DNA of 50,134 bases from Eledone cirrhosa (lineage: Eukaryota), in the NCBI GenBank assembly GCA_964016885.1, contig CAXHJY010000783.1, positions 1-50,134 of the forward strand, in the 5' to 3' direction. Made by a program: the position numbers and the translations under genes. Of the stretch, positions 20,430-33,591 are shown piece by piece (the first letter of the stretch is position 1; each line of letters opens with the position of its first letter). Below the pieces are notes generated by a model that saw only the letters and a program-made list of their open reading frames with translations, did not search any database and had not been told where the DNA came from.

Positions 20430-20716
20430 TCGGGGGACTTGGGCTCAGAGCGTGGAGGGCCGTAACTCTATGCTGTAAAGCAATTATAATAATACTGGAC
20501 TGTAGTACGATTGGCTTCAACTATACAAACTCTTGAAAGTCAACAGTTGACATAATCTTGTAATCTTGTATCAGTAATGACGGTAATATATATATATATG
20601 TATATGTGTGTGTAAGTGAGTAGAGTAATATATATATATATGCATATGTATGCACGTGTGTGTATGTCGTACGTATAAGTGTCAATAAGTGATTTTTTTT
20701 TTTTTTTTTTTTTTTT

Positions 20717-23700
20717 GCGCGGGGGGACATAGAAATAATCGGACTGGATGCCCGATCGCGCAGTTAAACCACTTGGAGTGAAGAACCTCTAGCCCTTGTC
20801 AGGGCATTCTTCTAGGAGAAGGCATCTCAGGAAACTGGGTTAACTCCGACATAAAACCTGCGGCTCAGTAGTTACCGATGATGTTGATCTTTTCTTCTTT
20901 TCGGGTTATAGCTACTGTCGCTCAGAGAGTGGGATTGGCTCAGTGCACAGTCTTTCCTCACTTTAAAAATATTCGTCACGCTCAGGCATTGCACGAGTGC
21001 ATTAATAATTATTAATAGTGTACTATTATTATTATTGTTATTATTATTACTATTATTATTATTATTACTATTATTATAACTTTTTTTTTTTTTTCTTTTT
21101 CCAATTCAATGATGTTCCAGAACAATATAAAAGAGATAATTGGCAATTTAGGTTCTGGAACAAAAAAGATCATTGGCAATAAGGGCAGGGGCCCCAGGTT
21201 ATCACAGCCTGGGCCCGCTCGTCATCGTGCCATTGTAATAGAGCCAAACAAGGCATTTAGTCTTGGCTGCTGGAACGTACGGACGCTGCTTGACAGGGAT
21301 TCCTTGGAGCGTCCTGAACGAAGAACCACTCTTGTTGCAAAGGAGCTTCGACGTTACGATCTTGACATCGTGGCTTTGTCTGAGACGAGGTTAGCTGGAG
21401 ATGGTCATCTTACGGAATTTTGTGGAGAATATACATTCTTCTGGAAAGGAAGAGATGAAGGAACCAGAAGAGAGGCTGGGGTAGGATATGCTGTTAAGAC
21501 TGTACTTGTGAACAAATTAGAAGAATTCCCAGTAGGGATTAGTGAGCGTCTTATGTCCATGAGAGTTCCGCTGGACAAGGGAAGATATGCTACCCTGGTG
21601 AGTGTGTATGCTCCAACTATGAGTTCTGTCGATGAGGAAAAGATGTCCTTTTACCATGCCTTGAAAGGTGTTTTAAGAAATATCCCTCAGGCAGACAAAG
21701 TCATCGTGCTTGGTGACTTTAATGCTAGAGTGGGTAGGGATTTTAACACATGGAATGTAATTGGAAGGCATGGGGTGGGAAAGTGTAACAGCAATGGTAT
21801 GCTCCTGCTGCAGATGTGTGAGGAGCTGGATCTGTGTGTTACCAACACCATGTTCCAACAAAAGAACAAATTCAAGACCACATTGATGCATCCTGCATCT
21901 AAGGAATGGCATCTTTTGGACTACGTCCTAGTCAGGATGCGTGACAGACAGGATGTGCAGTGTGTTCGTGTTCTTCGTGGAGCTGAGTGCTGGACAGACC
22001 ACCGCCTGGTAAGCGCACAAGTGAAACTAATCACTAAACGTAAAATCCGGGCTCCTGGTGTTGCCCTGCCCAAAAGATTGAATGCTGCTCGTCTTAAGGA
22101 TAAAAATGTGAAGAGGACATTGGAAGAAGAGATGCAGGCTGCAGATCTTGGTGAGGATTGGCCGACCCTTAAAAAGTTGGTTCATGATGTAGGCAGGCGT
22201 GTTCGGGGATTGGCGCAGAGGAAACATCAGGACTGATTTAATGAGAATGATGTACATATAGAAGACTTGTTGGCTGATAAGAGGCGTGCTCTGTCACGCT
22301 ACTTGATGGCAAAACCACAGGAGAGGAATACGTTGCATGAGGAACTCAGGGATGTAACATCATGTGTTAGGCGGAGTCTTTCTCAGATGAAGGATCAGTG
22401 GTGGAGTGAGAAGCCTGGTGAGATACAAACTGCGTCTGATTCCAAGAACACAAAGCTGTTGTACAGTTTCTTGCGTGAGGTTTATGGACCGTCTTCTTCT
22501 CTGGTGACATCGCTTCGCAGCAAGGATGGCAAAGAACTTCTTCGTGACTCACAAGGAATTCTACGAAGATGGCGAGAGCACTTTGATGATCTTTTGAATC
22601 AGCCGTCTGTCGTCAGTGAAGATTTCCTCAATCTCATTCCAGAAAGTCCTGTGAAAGTAGCTCTCGCAGAGCCTCCAACGCTTGTGGAGGTTGCAGTGGC
22701 TATTTCGAAGCTGAACAGTGGAAGATCTCCAGGTATGGATGGCATACATGCTGAGCTCCTACAATATGGTGGTGAGAGACTTCTGCAACATCTTCACTCT
22801 TTGTTTGGCAGGATATGGGCTAATGAATCCGTACCTGAGGACTGGAGAGATGCAGTAATGGTGGTCTTGTACAAGGGAAAGGGTAACAGGAATGATTGTG
22901 GGAACTACAGAGGTATATCATTGCTTTCTGTCGTAGGGAAAGTTTTATGTAGGGTGCTTCTGGACCGTCTGCTGACACACATTGCAGATTGTGTTCTTCC
23001 TGAAAGTCAATCTGATTTTCGTGCTGGACGCGGCACTACTGATATGATCTTCTCAGCTAGACAGCTCCAGGAGAAGTGCATGGAACAAGGCTTGGATCTG
23101 TATCAGGTTTTTGTCGATCTGACAAAAGCTTTCGATACTGTTAACAGAGATGCATTATGGAAGGTTCTCCAGAAACTTGGTTGCCCTGATAAGTTCCTTG
23201 CTTTCGTTAGGTCTTTCCATGATGACATGAAGGCTTGGGTTAATGTCGGGGGTAACATGTCGGAGCCTATCTCAGTAAAAAATGGAGTGAAACAGGGGGA
23301 TATTCAAGCACCGACCCTGTTTGCCATATACTTTGCAATGGTTTTCTGTATTGCATTCAGGAATTGCGAGCATGGTGTTTACATCCGATATCGAACCTGC
23401 GAATCGAACCTGCGAAGACAAAAGTATTTACATCAATCATAAGAGACCTCTTGTATGCAGATGATTGCGATCTTGTACCGCACACAGGGAGTGATATGCA
23501 GCACATTTTGAATGCATTTTCTGACGCTTGCACTGCCCTAGGTCTGACTGTCAGTCTCAAGAAAACCGTCGTCATGTACCTGCCCCTGGTAAGCAGTACA
23601 CTGAACCAAACATCTATGTGTATGGCAAACGACTTGGAGTGGTTGATCAGTTTGTCTACCTGGGAAGCACTGTCAATCGATACAGCAACCTTGACAGTGA

Positions 23701-24807
23701 AATCTCACTTAGGATTAGGAAAGCAAGTGATGCTTTCGGAAAGCTAGAAAGCGACTCTGGGGTCGGCGAGACATATGCAGGAGGACAAAGGTAAAGATGT
23801 ACAGGGCATGTGTGCTCTCTTGTCTTCTTTATGCCTGCGAGACCTGGGTCACATATCGACACCACCTTAAGCAATTGGAGCGTTTCCATCAGATGTGTCT
23901 CAGATGGATCCATGGCGTTCACTGGAGGGTCCACATCAATGATGTCGCGATTTTGGAAAGCTCTATGTGTGACAGTATAGAAGCTCTTGTGCTTAAGCAG
24001 CGACTCCGTTGGAGTGGTCACCTTGCCAGGATGAAGGATTCTAGAATACCAAAACAACTCTTTTATGGAGAGTTGGTTAAAGGAAAACGACCGCCACATA
24101 AACCAAAAAAGAGGTATAAGGATTCCTTGAAAGACGCTAACATCTCTGCTGATACATGGGAGAATATTGCTGCTGATCGTAATAAATGGAGAAAGACTGT
24201 ATATGAGGGAAAAGTTGCTTTTGAGGCATCTCGAATCGCATATGAGAAAGTAAAGCGGGATGTGAGGAAGGGCATTGCTGTTGCACTTCCAGACGGCGAG
24301 GATCCTCCTATGGTGCTGACATGCAGCGTATGGGCGAGACCCTGCCTAAGCAAAGCTGGCCTCGAAAGTCATCTTCGCAGTCATAAAGTAAGACCAGTGG
24401 TTGACTAGCAGGCTGCTGTTGGAGATGCTACTCATCAAGCTTGCCAAACATGTGGTAGAGAATGTAAATCAGCAGGAGGGCTCAAGCGACATGCAAAAGT
24501 ACATGAACTCCAACCACAGCCGACTATTCCCAGTGAATGTTTTGGATGCCGACTCTGTGCAAGACATTTTAGATCATTGGCTGGGCTAAAACGCCACATT
24601 CGATCGCAGCGCTGTTAGTTGCTATCGTGTGTGTGTGTGTGTAGATATGCTTGTGTGTGTGCGTGTGTGTGTATATATGTATGTATATGTATATTATTAT
24701 TGTTGTTGTCGTTATTATTATTGCTGTTATTATTATTATTATTATTATTGTTATTAATGTATGTGTGTGTATATGTGTGTGTGAGTGTGTGTGTGTATAT
24801 ATGTATG

Positions 24808-24848
<41 letters not shown>

Positions 24849-24874
24849 TTTTTTTTTAATTTTTATTTTATTTT

Positions 24875-24907
<33 letters not shown>

Positions 24908-24960
24908 TTTTTTTTCTTTCTCGTGCAATGGCCATACTCGATAACGAGGGGGCAGCCATC
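20717..24960 (+). mobile_element. Near-full-length RTE-clade (BovB-like) LINE, inactivated
   Basis: APE endonuclease (GCWNVRTL, ALSETR, GDFNA, LDYV, TDH), RT (NYRGISLL, FVDLTKAFD, GVKQG, YADD), C-terminal C2H2 fingers; UTRs interrupted by microsatellites; 3' end runs into (TA)n; 5' boundary approximate. Confidence 0.92.
21109..24618 (+). pseudogene. Disrupted APE-RT-(C2H2)x3 ORF of the RTE LINE
   Basis: Stops at 22234-22236 (HQD*FNEND, Trp expected) and 24406-24408; frameshifts near 23400, 23585 and 23750; terminal TAG at 24616-24618; start codon uncertain. Confidence 0.88.
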
Positions 24961-24992
<32 letters not shown>

Positions 24993-25067
24993 ATATATGT
25001 GTGTGTGTTTGTGTATATATATATTTGTGTGTATATATATATGTGTGTGTGTGTATATGTGTGTGTG

Positions 25068-25142
<75 letters not shown>

Positions 25143-25242
25143 ATATATATATATGTGTGTATATGTGTGTGTGTGTGTATATATATATATATGTGTGTAT
25201 ATATGTGTGCCTGTATATATATATATATATGTGTGTATATAT

Positions 25243-25276
<34 letters not shown>

Positions 25277-25699
25277 GTGTGTGTGTGTATATATATATGT
25301 GTCTGTATATATATATGTGAGTGTGTGTGTATATATATATATATATATATGTGAGTGTGTGTATATATATGTGTGTGTATATATGTGTGTGTTTATATAT
25401 GTGTGTATATATATGTGTATATATATGTGTGTGTGTGTGTGTATATATATGTGTGTGCATATATATATATATGTGTGTGTGTGTGTATATATATGTGTGC
25501 GTATATATATATATATGTGTGTGTATATATGTGTGTGTGTGTGTGTATATATATATATGTGTGTGTGTGTGTATATATATATATGTATGTGTGTGTGTAT
25601 ATATATATATATGTGTGTGTGTATATATATGTGAGTGTGTGTGTATATATATATATATGTGTGTGAGTGTGTATATATATATATGTATGTGTGAGTGTG

Positions 25700-25762
<63 letters not shown>

Positions 25763-25831
25763 ATATATATATAAATATATATGTGTGTGTATATATATAT
25801 GTGTGTGTGTGTATATATATATATGTGTGTG

Positions 25832-25920
<89 letters not shown>
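24961..25920. repeat. Compound (TA)n/(TG)n microsatellite
   Basis: Direct inspection. Confidence 0.97.
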
Positions 25921-25922
<2 letters not shown>

Positions 25923-26976
25923 GAATAAAGTTAGTCCTTCATCAGTGATCTTCCAACCATCATTGGTATTTCATCGCTTTAAAGACCATATACCTCCGGT
26001 TGGTGCAAGCAACGGCTAAAAAAAGTCGTTGGGACACGTAAATAAAGGGGACACGAGAGTGTAAACAATCAAAAATTGTGAAGCAACGAAAAGTGAGGAA
26101 GAAGGAATCAAGTCCCAAATTTCTATGAATTTAAATTCGGTGAAATCGTGAACGAGAGAGAATAAAGACCATCAAACCTGGTTGGAATGTGAGCAAGGAA
26201 GGAATTCCGTACAGGTCTAACGGGAGTAAGAAGGGATCTAGTCTGTGAATTCGGTGAACATAAGTTCTGTGAAATCGTAGACGAGAGAGAGAAAAAAAGC
26301 GACCTGCCAGACCAAGGGTGTGAAAGAAAAGAATTACGCACAGGTCAAACGGGAAGAAGGAGGAGGAGGAGAGGTAGTAACAGAGAATGAGTGAGTGAAG
26401 GGTGAGGAAAAGGCTAACAGAGAGAGTGACTGCTAGAGAGGGTAAAGATACAGAGAAAGAGGAAGCAGTAAGAACGAAATAGACGGGTAACAATATGCGT
26501 AAATATGAGAATAAACGTGCTGCGGGGTTGCTAATGGGTTACATATGAATAAAGTTAGTCCTTCATCAGTGATCTTCCAACCATCATTGGTATTTCATCG
26601 CTTTAAAGACCATATACCTCCGGTTGGTGCGAGCAACGGCTAAAAAGAGTCGTTGGGACACGTAAATAAAGGGGACGTGCGTAATTCTTTTCTTTCGCAC
26701 CCTTGGTCTGGCAGGTCGCTTTTTTTCTCTCTCTCGTCTACGATTTCACAGAACTTATGTTCACTGAATTCACAGACTAGATCCCTTCTTACTCCCGTTA
26801 GACCTGTACGGAATTCCTTCCTTGCTCACATTCCAACCAGGTTTGATGGTCTTTATTCTCTCTCGTTCACGATTTCACTGAATTTAAATTCATAGAAATT
26901 TGGGACTTGACTCCTTCTTCCTCACTTTTCGTTGCTTCACCATTTTTGTTTGTTTACACTCGTGTCCCAACGACTT
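25921..26976. mobile_element. Unclassified non-coding element: 624-bp-period partial tandem plus inverted segment
   Basis: 25921-26051 recurs at 26545-26676; ~26677-26976 is the reverse complement of ~26023-26341; flanked by microsatellite. Confidence 0.75.
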
Positions 26977-27889
26977 GTATATCTAATCACACGTACGTAC
27001 GCGACTATATATATATATACACATATACATACACACCCATACATACATATAAATATATACACATATACATACACATACATATACATTCACCCGCATACAC
27101 GTAAAAATAAGAATGTAAAAAACATAGATATAAAAACCCACATACACACATATATATATATATATATATACGTACGCACACACACATACGGAGGCGTTCG
27201 TATACATATACAGAACGTATACACACATAAGCACACTCAGACACATAGATATAGATTATAAATCAGCCATATGAATAAATGAGTACAAATATAAAATCGG
27301 CTGCGAAGCAACAGAATATATCTGGAGTGGAAAACGCAAGTGACATGTGATATCAGGTAGTGAAAGAAAATGGGGAAGTAAAATGTGGAATGTGAATATA
27401 TTAGGTAAGTGAATTGAAAAAGTAGGGCGGGGGTTGCTGGTGGATGTGAAGTAAAAATAAAATTAAAAATAAAGTTAAAAATGAAAGTAAATCATTCTTA
27501 ATATTTTAAATATTTCTCTGCACACAAGCTTCTATATCATACATATAAAATACTATACAACCCCCATAATACTCTTGATTTCCTGCTTAAAGTGCCTATA
27601 TTCCATATAACACCTTACCGCACTATAATCTTATATAAATAGGACACACGTGCATGCCCCACGTGTAACTAACTACTTCTAACTATCCTCCTGCATCATC
27701 TTTCTAAACTGCCAATGTTGTATTATAACTTTAATTTTGTTGTAATTTTCTTTTAATATGACTTTAATCTTTGAATGTAAACTGCCATGGTTAAATATTA
27801 TAATGGATGTCAACCCACTGTGCATCAATATATACATATGTTTCTGTATGTCTCTTGTGAAAAGGAGGTCATGTATGTAAACAATCATT

Positions 27890-29117
27890 GAAAAATTGCT
27901 CTGAAGACTCCAAACCTCGGTTTGGAAGAAACAATTGTAAGCAGATAAATGATTTGAACAGAACTTTGATTCATGTAATTTCTATATAACTGCTCTGTAG
28001 AACAACTGATGGTATTACATTGAGCTATTTATCTTACTGGTAATAAGGTAGTAATAAATTACTGTCTTTCACTGTTTAGGATTTAAAATATATATAACTA
28101 TAAAAGGTTTTAGTATATACATAACCATAAATAGTATCCTTAATACTATTAACTGCTCCATACTGTTGAGCTAACATTCAATAAATTACCAGTATGCTGA
28201 TCAAAGACCAACTCCCTATGTCAACCAAGAACATACCAATACCATCCAAGAATACATATGAAAAATTATTGATCGACAGTGTAAATTCCTTTATCAATAG
28301 AGTGAGATGGAGGACATTCCATTATGATAAAAACAAATCTAACAAGGTTAATAGTACTAACAAATTTGACTCCTTCGGCTTTAAAACCTTTAGAAGCCGC
28401 CCTCATGACACTACTAAACTCCTTTGAAAATGCCCTAATAAAACTAGTTAAGAAGAATAAATACAAAAAGCACCGTAATAAAAACAACACCTTCTTAAAC
28501 AAACTTAACACCTCTATTAATGAATTCAAAACTAGTAATATGATTATTGTACATGCAGACAAAACTAATAACATATACAGCCTAGATTATAACACTTATA
28601 GAAAGTTTATATATAATGAACTACATAAAAGCTACAAGAAAACTACTATGAAAAACTTAGAAGATATTAATATGGAAGGCTATAATATAGTGTCCAAACT
28701 AGGACTTCAGAGACATACACAACCATATACCCCACTAGAGTCTCTCTGAAGGACCATAAGGAGGACTTCATTAGCAACCCCTTGATTAGGCTTATCTGCC
28801 CTTCCAAGTCTGACATTGGCATTATCAGTAAGAAAATTTTAGACAAAATCATCCCACAGATTAAACACAAGATATACCTTAAGCAATGGGGAAATACGGG
28901 TGAAGTTATTGAATGGTTCAAAGATATTAAGGATAACAAGGATAACAAATTTATTCAATTTGATATCAATTCATACTACACCTCTATTTCCCCTATCCTA
29001 TTAAATAAGGCACTAATCATGGCCATGGACAATAGTGACCTGACTAGACCTCAGATTGATGTCCTACTTGCGGCCCGTAAAACCGTAATCACCTTTGATT
29101 CATGTAATTTCTATATA
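27890..29117 (+). mobile_element. Penelope-like element family 2: hammerhead, leader and N-terminal RT, frameshifted and 3'-deleted
   Basis: MLIKDQLPMSTKNIPIP..RVRWR..FGFK; ADKTNNIY; RLICPSKSDIG..QFDINSYYTSI; homologous to the 31292-32893 protein. Confidence 0.88.
27897..27943 (+). ncRNA. Minimal type I hammerhead ribozyme of PLE family 2
   Basis: Stem I UGCU/AGCA, CUGAAGA, stem II UCCAAAC/GUUUGGA, GAAA, stem III AC/GU with palindromic AAUU loop, GUA triplet at 27937-27939. Confidence 0.8.
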
Positions 29118-29149
29118 TATATATATATGTGTGTATATGTATATATATC

Positions 29150-29216
<67 letters not shown>

Positions 29217-29231
29217 TTATTGTATAGAAGG

Positions 29232-29282
29232 AGCTTCTACAGGACTAGTACTGTTTCATTCAGATGAAATCTTCAGGAAGCT
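29232..29282 (-). ncRNA. Type I hammerhead ribozyme, PLE family 1, 3'-terminal copy
   Basis: AGCUUC-CUGAAGA-(UUC/GAA stem II)-GAAA-CAG[UACUAGUC]CUG-UA-GAAGCU. Confidence 0.8.
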
Positions 29283-29787
29283 GGGTGTCATATTAAGTTC
29301 TGGTATTTATACATTTAGGTAGTGGTAAGGGAGGGGTGGTGGCTGAGGGGGGGGGGGGGGGGGCGATTTTTAGGGTGAGATGGTATTTAGATACACATGA
29401 CCACAACATGGCACAGGCCGTTTTTTCTTTGGGGAGTGGTCAATTAGCCAGAGTGCTTTTGTGAAATAAAAGGAAAAGTAAATAAATAAGTAAATAAATA
29501 AATAAATGAATAAATAGATAAATGAATAAATAAATAAAAATAAAAATAAAGAAAAACCCCAAGAATAGTAATTCAACAGATATATAGTAGGGAAATTTTT
29601 TTAGGTGGGTTGGTATTAGAAGATAAACAAGACCGAATCATGGCACAGACTGAGGTGAGTGGTCAAGTTAACATACAAGCTACAGGTGGCCAGAGTATTT
29701 TTGTAGAATGGAAAGAATAAAATATATTTACATACTCACAACCACATACATAAACACTTACACACACATATATATATGCATACCTAT

Positions 29788-29828
<41 letters not shown>

Positions 29829-30789
29829 AGAAAAAACACATGCACAAATATACACACACACACGCATACACACACATATATATGCATACACACATATATA
29901 TCTACACATACACATGTGCATATACACACATATATATACACACATACATGCATGTATGTCTCTCGGTATATACTATACATACATATACATACATCTGCAC
30001 ACACATACATACATACACATACATACACACACACAAACATACATACACACATATACATATATACATATACACACATACATACACACACACATATATATAC
30101 ACATATATACATATATATATATACATATATATATATACACACATATATACATGCGCACACGCTTACATACAATTACACACATACAAATACATACACATAA
30201 ACACATACACGCACTCGTTCGCACACATACATGTATCTATAATATATTGGGAAAAGGTAGTGGGACAGATTATAAACTGAGCCTGATAGAGGATTAAAAT
30301 AATTATTATCACTACTCAGTTATTAATATTATCATCAAGTAATTAATTACTATTTATTATTTACTATTTACCATTCACTATTCATTACCTATCTTTTATT
30401 TTTTATCTATTCATTACCTAATCATTCACTTATTAATTAATAAATAAATGAGTTAACTAACAAACAAACAAACAAACAGATAAACAAATAAATAAATAAA
30501 TAAATAAAATAACTAAATAAATAAATAAATAAATATACAAATAAATAGATAAATAAATAAATCTCGAACGTATACGTGCAGCAGTTCATAACTGCACGTA
30601 TGCAAACATGAGCAGATATATACGTGAATTTGTGTGTGCGGCCACAGAACCTTACTCAGAGGCATACAACACAATATATATGACCTGGAGGGGAGCAAAG
30701 AAGGTAATAATGAGAGGGACGGAAGTGGGATGGGGGACGGGGGTGGGGTGTTGATATGGGGGGGGGGGGCAATTGGGGGCCGGGGGGGG

Positions 30790-32893
30790 TTTGTAGTTTT
30801 TGTAATTTGCATAGTTCTTGTGCATGCAATTAGGGGAGTGTTCCGAGATCTTGTTGAGGAGAGGGCCTTTGGCGAATAGAATCTCATAGCTCTCGGAGAT
30901 ACAGAGGTCACAGCAATTATGGCCTCCCGTGTAGGATCGCGCTCTCTGGAGTAGTCTCCATTGGGTCTTGAAGGGGATTGAGTCCTTTTAAGGTGCCAGA
31001 TGTGGGCGGCAAGTGTTGTTTGGTTAGATTTGTCTGGGCGCCGGAACGAATGTGTGTGGGCATACCAGCGAGTCTTAAAACTGTTAGAAGTCATCCCGAT
31101 GTACGAGTTTCTTTTTTCATCGGGGCCTGAGAGTACATCGCATATATAGACGAGATCTTTTTTTAGACAGTTGTTGTTGAGGGGGCAGGTAGTCTTATCA
31201 GGGCAATTGCAATTGCCATTGGTTGCTGGATGGGCTTCGGAAAAAGTAGACTTATTTAGCTTCTTGACGTTATTGTTGGCTAAGTTCCTAGCTAGATTAG
31301 GTGTGGTAGAGTAAGAGAGTCTAATGGGATTGTATAGTACCTATGTTGGGTGGGGAAGTGTTTTTGTAAGAGAGTGAAGAAAATTTTAGCTACAGGTGTT
31401 GAAACTTCGCAGTTGAAGGGGGGGTTGTACCAGCTAATGTGCCTTCGCCTATTCTTCCTGGGTGGGCGTGGGGCTATACTAAGGTAGGTGATCTTATCTT
31501 TAAAGCCGCTGCGGGCCAGGGCCTCGTAATAGGGGGCTGCTGCTCTAAAGATATCTTCATTGGCGGCGAGGCTAGATATCCTAATGGAGACACTTTTCAC
31601 AAGGTTGTCTAATATATTTTTGGGGTGGTTAGAATTAACGTCTATATATCTAAGGGATTCATTAGGTTTGTGGTACGGGTAGTAAAGGGAAGTTTTTAAG
31701 TCGAGGGTCACGTCTAGGAAGTTAGCTTTAGTTAAGTTCGAATCTAAGGTAATCCTAAGGCCTAAGTTTTTAAAGAAGGTGTAAAGGTTTTTCCTGAACC
31801 CATCCGTAGTCCTGGGGTTGATTTTATGGAGCGCAAAGAGGCCGTCATCTCGGTAGAGACCGCCGGAGAGGCCTGTGAAGAGGGTCTTCAACCTGTGGAG
31901 GATGAACAGACCCACAAGGTCACTTATTTCAGCTGAGTCGCTAGCACCCATGCTAACATCGAAGGGGGTCTCAGATTTTTTGTTGATCCAGTGGGATCTG
32001 TCATGGTAAAGAAAAGTCTTACGTGCATGGAGGATCACATCCTGCTCGGCTTCGGTGATTGTGGTAAAGTTCCTGGCGAAGTTAATCGCGTCAATCAGCA
32101 GGCTCTCTGATATGGAGGCGTAGTAGTCCTCGATGTCTAGCTGCAGGAAGCGGGTGTTGCTTTTGTTGGGCAAGTCCCGGAACCATGTGATTGCCTCTGA
32201 TGTCCTATTCCAGAGTGGGAGGGGTGAGGCAGCACGTAGTCTAGGTAGAATCCTGTCCAAGATCTTCTTACTGACGGATCCTATGTCAGACTTGGTCAGG
32301 TTAATCAGCCGGACCGACGGTTTATTGTCAAAGTTGTTCTTGTGGTCTTTCAGGGTGAAGTGTGGGGACTTTACCCTCAGAGGTTCTGTCCGGTCTTCCA
32401 GTTTAAGGGAAGTGGCGATCTTCTTTCCGGCTAAGTTTGTTTCAGTCAAGGTGGTGTCATCAACTTTTTTGTAATTTGCTGTGATGGCATTATCAGCAAG
32501 CTTGTTGTAGGTGTCGGGAATAACCGCATAAGTGTTTTTAGTTTTGTCTGAAGGGACGTGGAGGTACGGGGAACTTTTCATTTTTAGAAGTTTCTCCTTT
32601 AAGTCCGTTTGGAAAGGTATGTTGACTTTCCTGAATTTAATATTTTTGATCATTTGAAAGAGGTCTTCTTCAAATGGTTCAAGTAGGCTGTTGGTGGGTG
32701 GAGCCTTATTAGATTTAAAGCCGTACATCTCGTTATTGGTAGATGCTACATCAGGGTGGTCGAAAAAGAACGATCTCCATCTAATTCGTTTGATGAATTC
32801 ATCAGTCCGTCTAATGAGGGTTTTTAGGTACTGTTTCCTTGGTGGGATAGGAATGTTCTTCAAGGATGTATTGAGGTCTATTCTTGTCAGCAT
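30790..32893 (-). pseudogene. PLE reverse transcriptase + GIY-YIG endonuclease ORF with two frameshifts
   Basis: RT motifs LDIEDYYASI, MGASDSAE, YRDDGL, FLDVTLDL. After a frameshift near 31335: IRLSYSTTPNL..CNCPDKTTCPLNNNCL..LVY..YIGMT..FKTRWYAH. After a frameshift near 30980: W..ARSY..CDLCISE..LLNKISE..CMH. Confidence 0.92.
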
Positions 32894-33025
32894 ATTTTCT
32901 TGAGGATGGTTATAAAAGCACTAGGGTGTGCTTGGATACGTAGGTCCCGGGTTGAGTCGGGGATAACCACAGTAAGTAAGGTACTCAATACATGGCAGAG
33001 TAAAATATATTTATTGTATAGAAGG

Positions 33026-33076
33026 AGCTTCTACAGGACTAGTACTGTTTCATTCAGATGAAATCTTCAGGAAGCT
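33026..33076 (-). ncRNA. Type I hammerhead ribozyme, PLE family 1, upstream of the ORF
   Basis: Same motif, ~130 nt upstream of the ATG at 32893. Confidence 0.8.
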
Positions 33077-33243
33077 GGATGTCATATTAAGTTCTGGTAA
33101 TTATACATTTAGGTAGTGGTAAGAGAGGAGTGGTGGCGGGGGGGGGGGGGATGGTATTTAGATACACATGACCACAACATGGCACAGGCCGTTTTTTCTT
33201 TGGGGAGTGGTCAATTAGCCAGAGTGCTTTTGTGAAAGGAAAA

Positions 33244-33281
<38 letters not shown>

Positions 33282-33537
33282 ATGAATAAATAAATAAAAA
33301 TAAATAAAAACCCCAACAGATATATAGTAGGGAAATTTTTTTAGGTGGGTTGGTATTAGAAGATAAACAAGACTGAATCATGGCACAGACTGAGGTGAGT
33401 GGTCAAGTTAACATACAAGCTACAGGTGGCCAGAGTGTTTTTGTAGAATGGAAAGAATAAAATATATTTACATACAACCACATACATAAACACTTACACA
33501 CACATATATATATGCATACCTATACACACACACACAC

Positions 33538-33591
<54 letters not shown>

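Noticed and set aside
22234-22236. In-frame TGA as selenocysteine or readthrough
   Set aside because: It replaces an expected Trp (TGG to TGA) in an element with several other lesions
25930-25975. Possible hammerhead around minus-strand CTGATGA
   Set aside because: No GAAA after a stem II, and the upstream GAAA gives no valid NUH site with stem I
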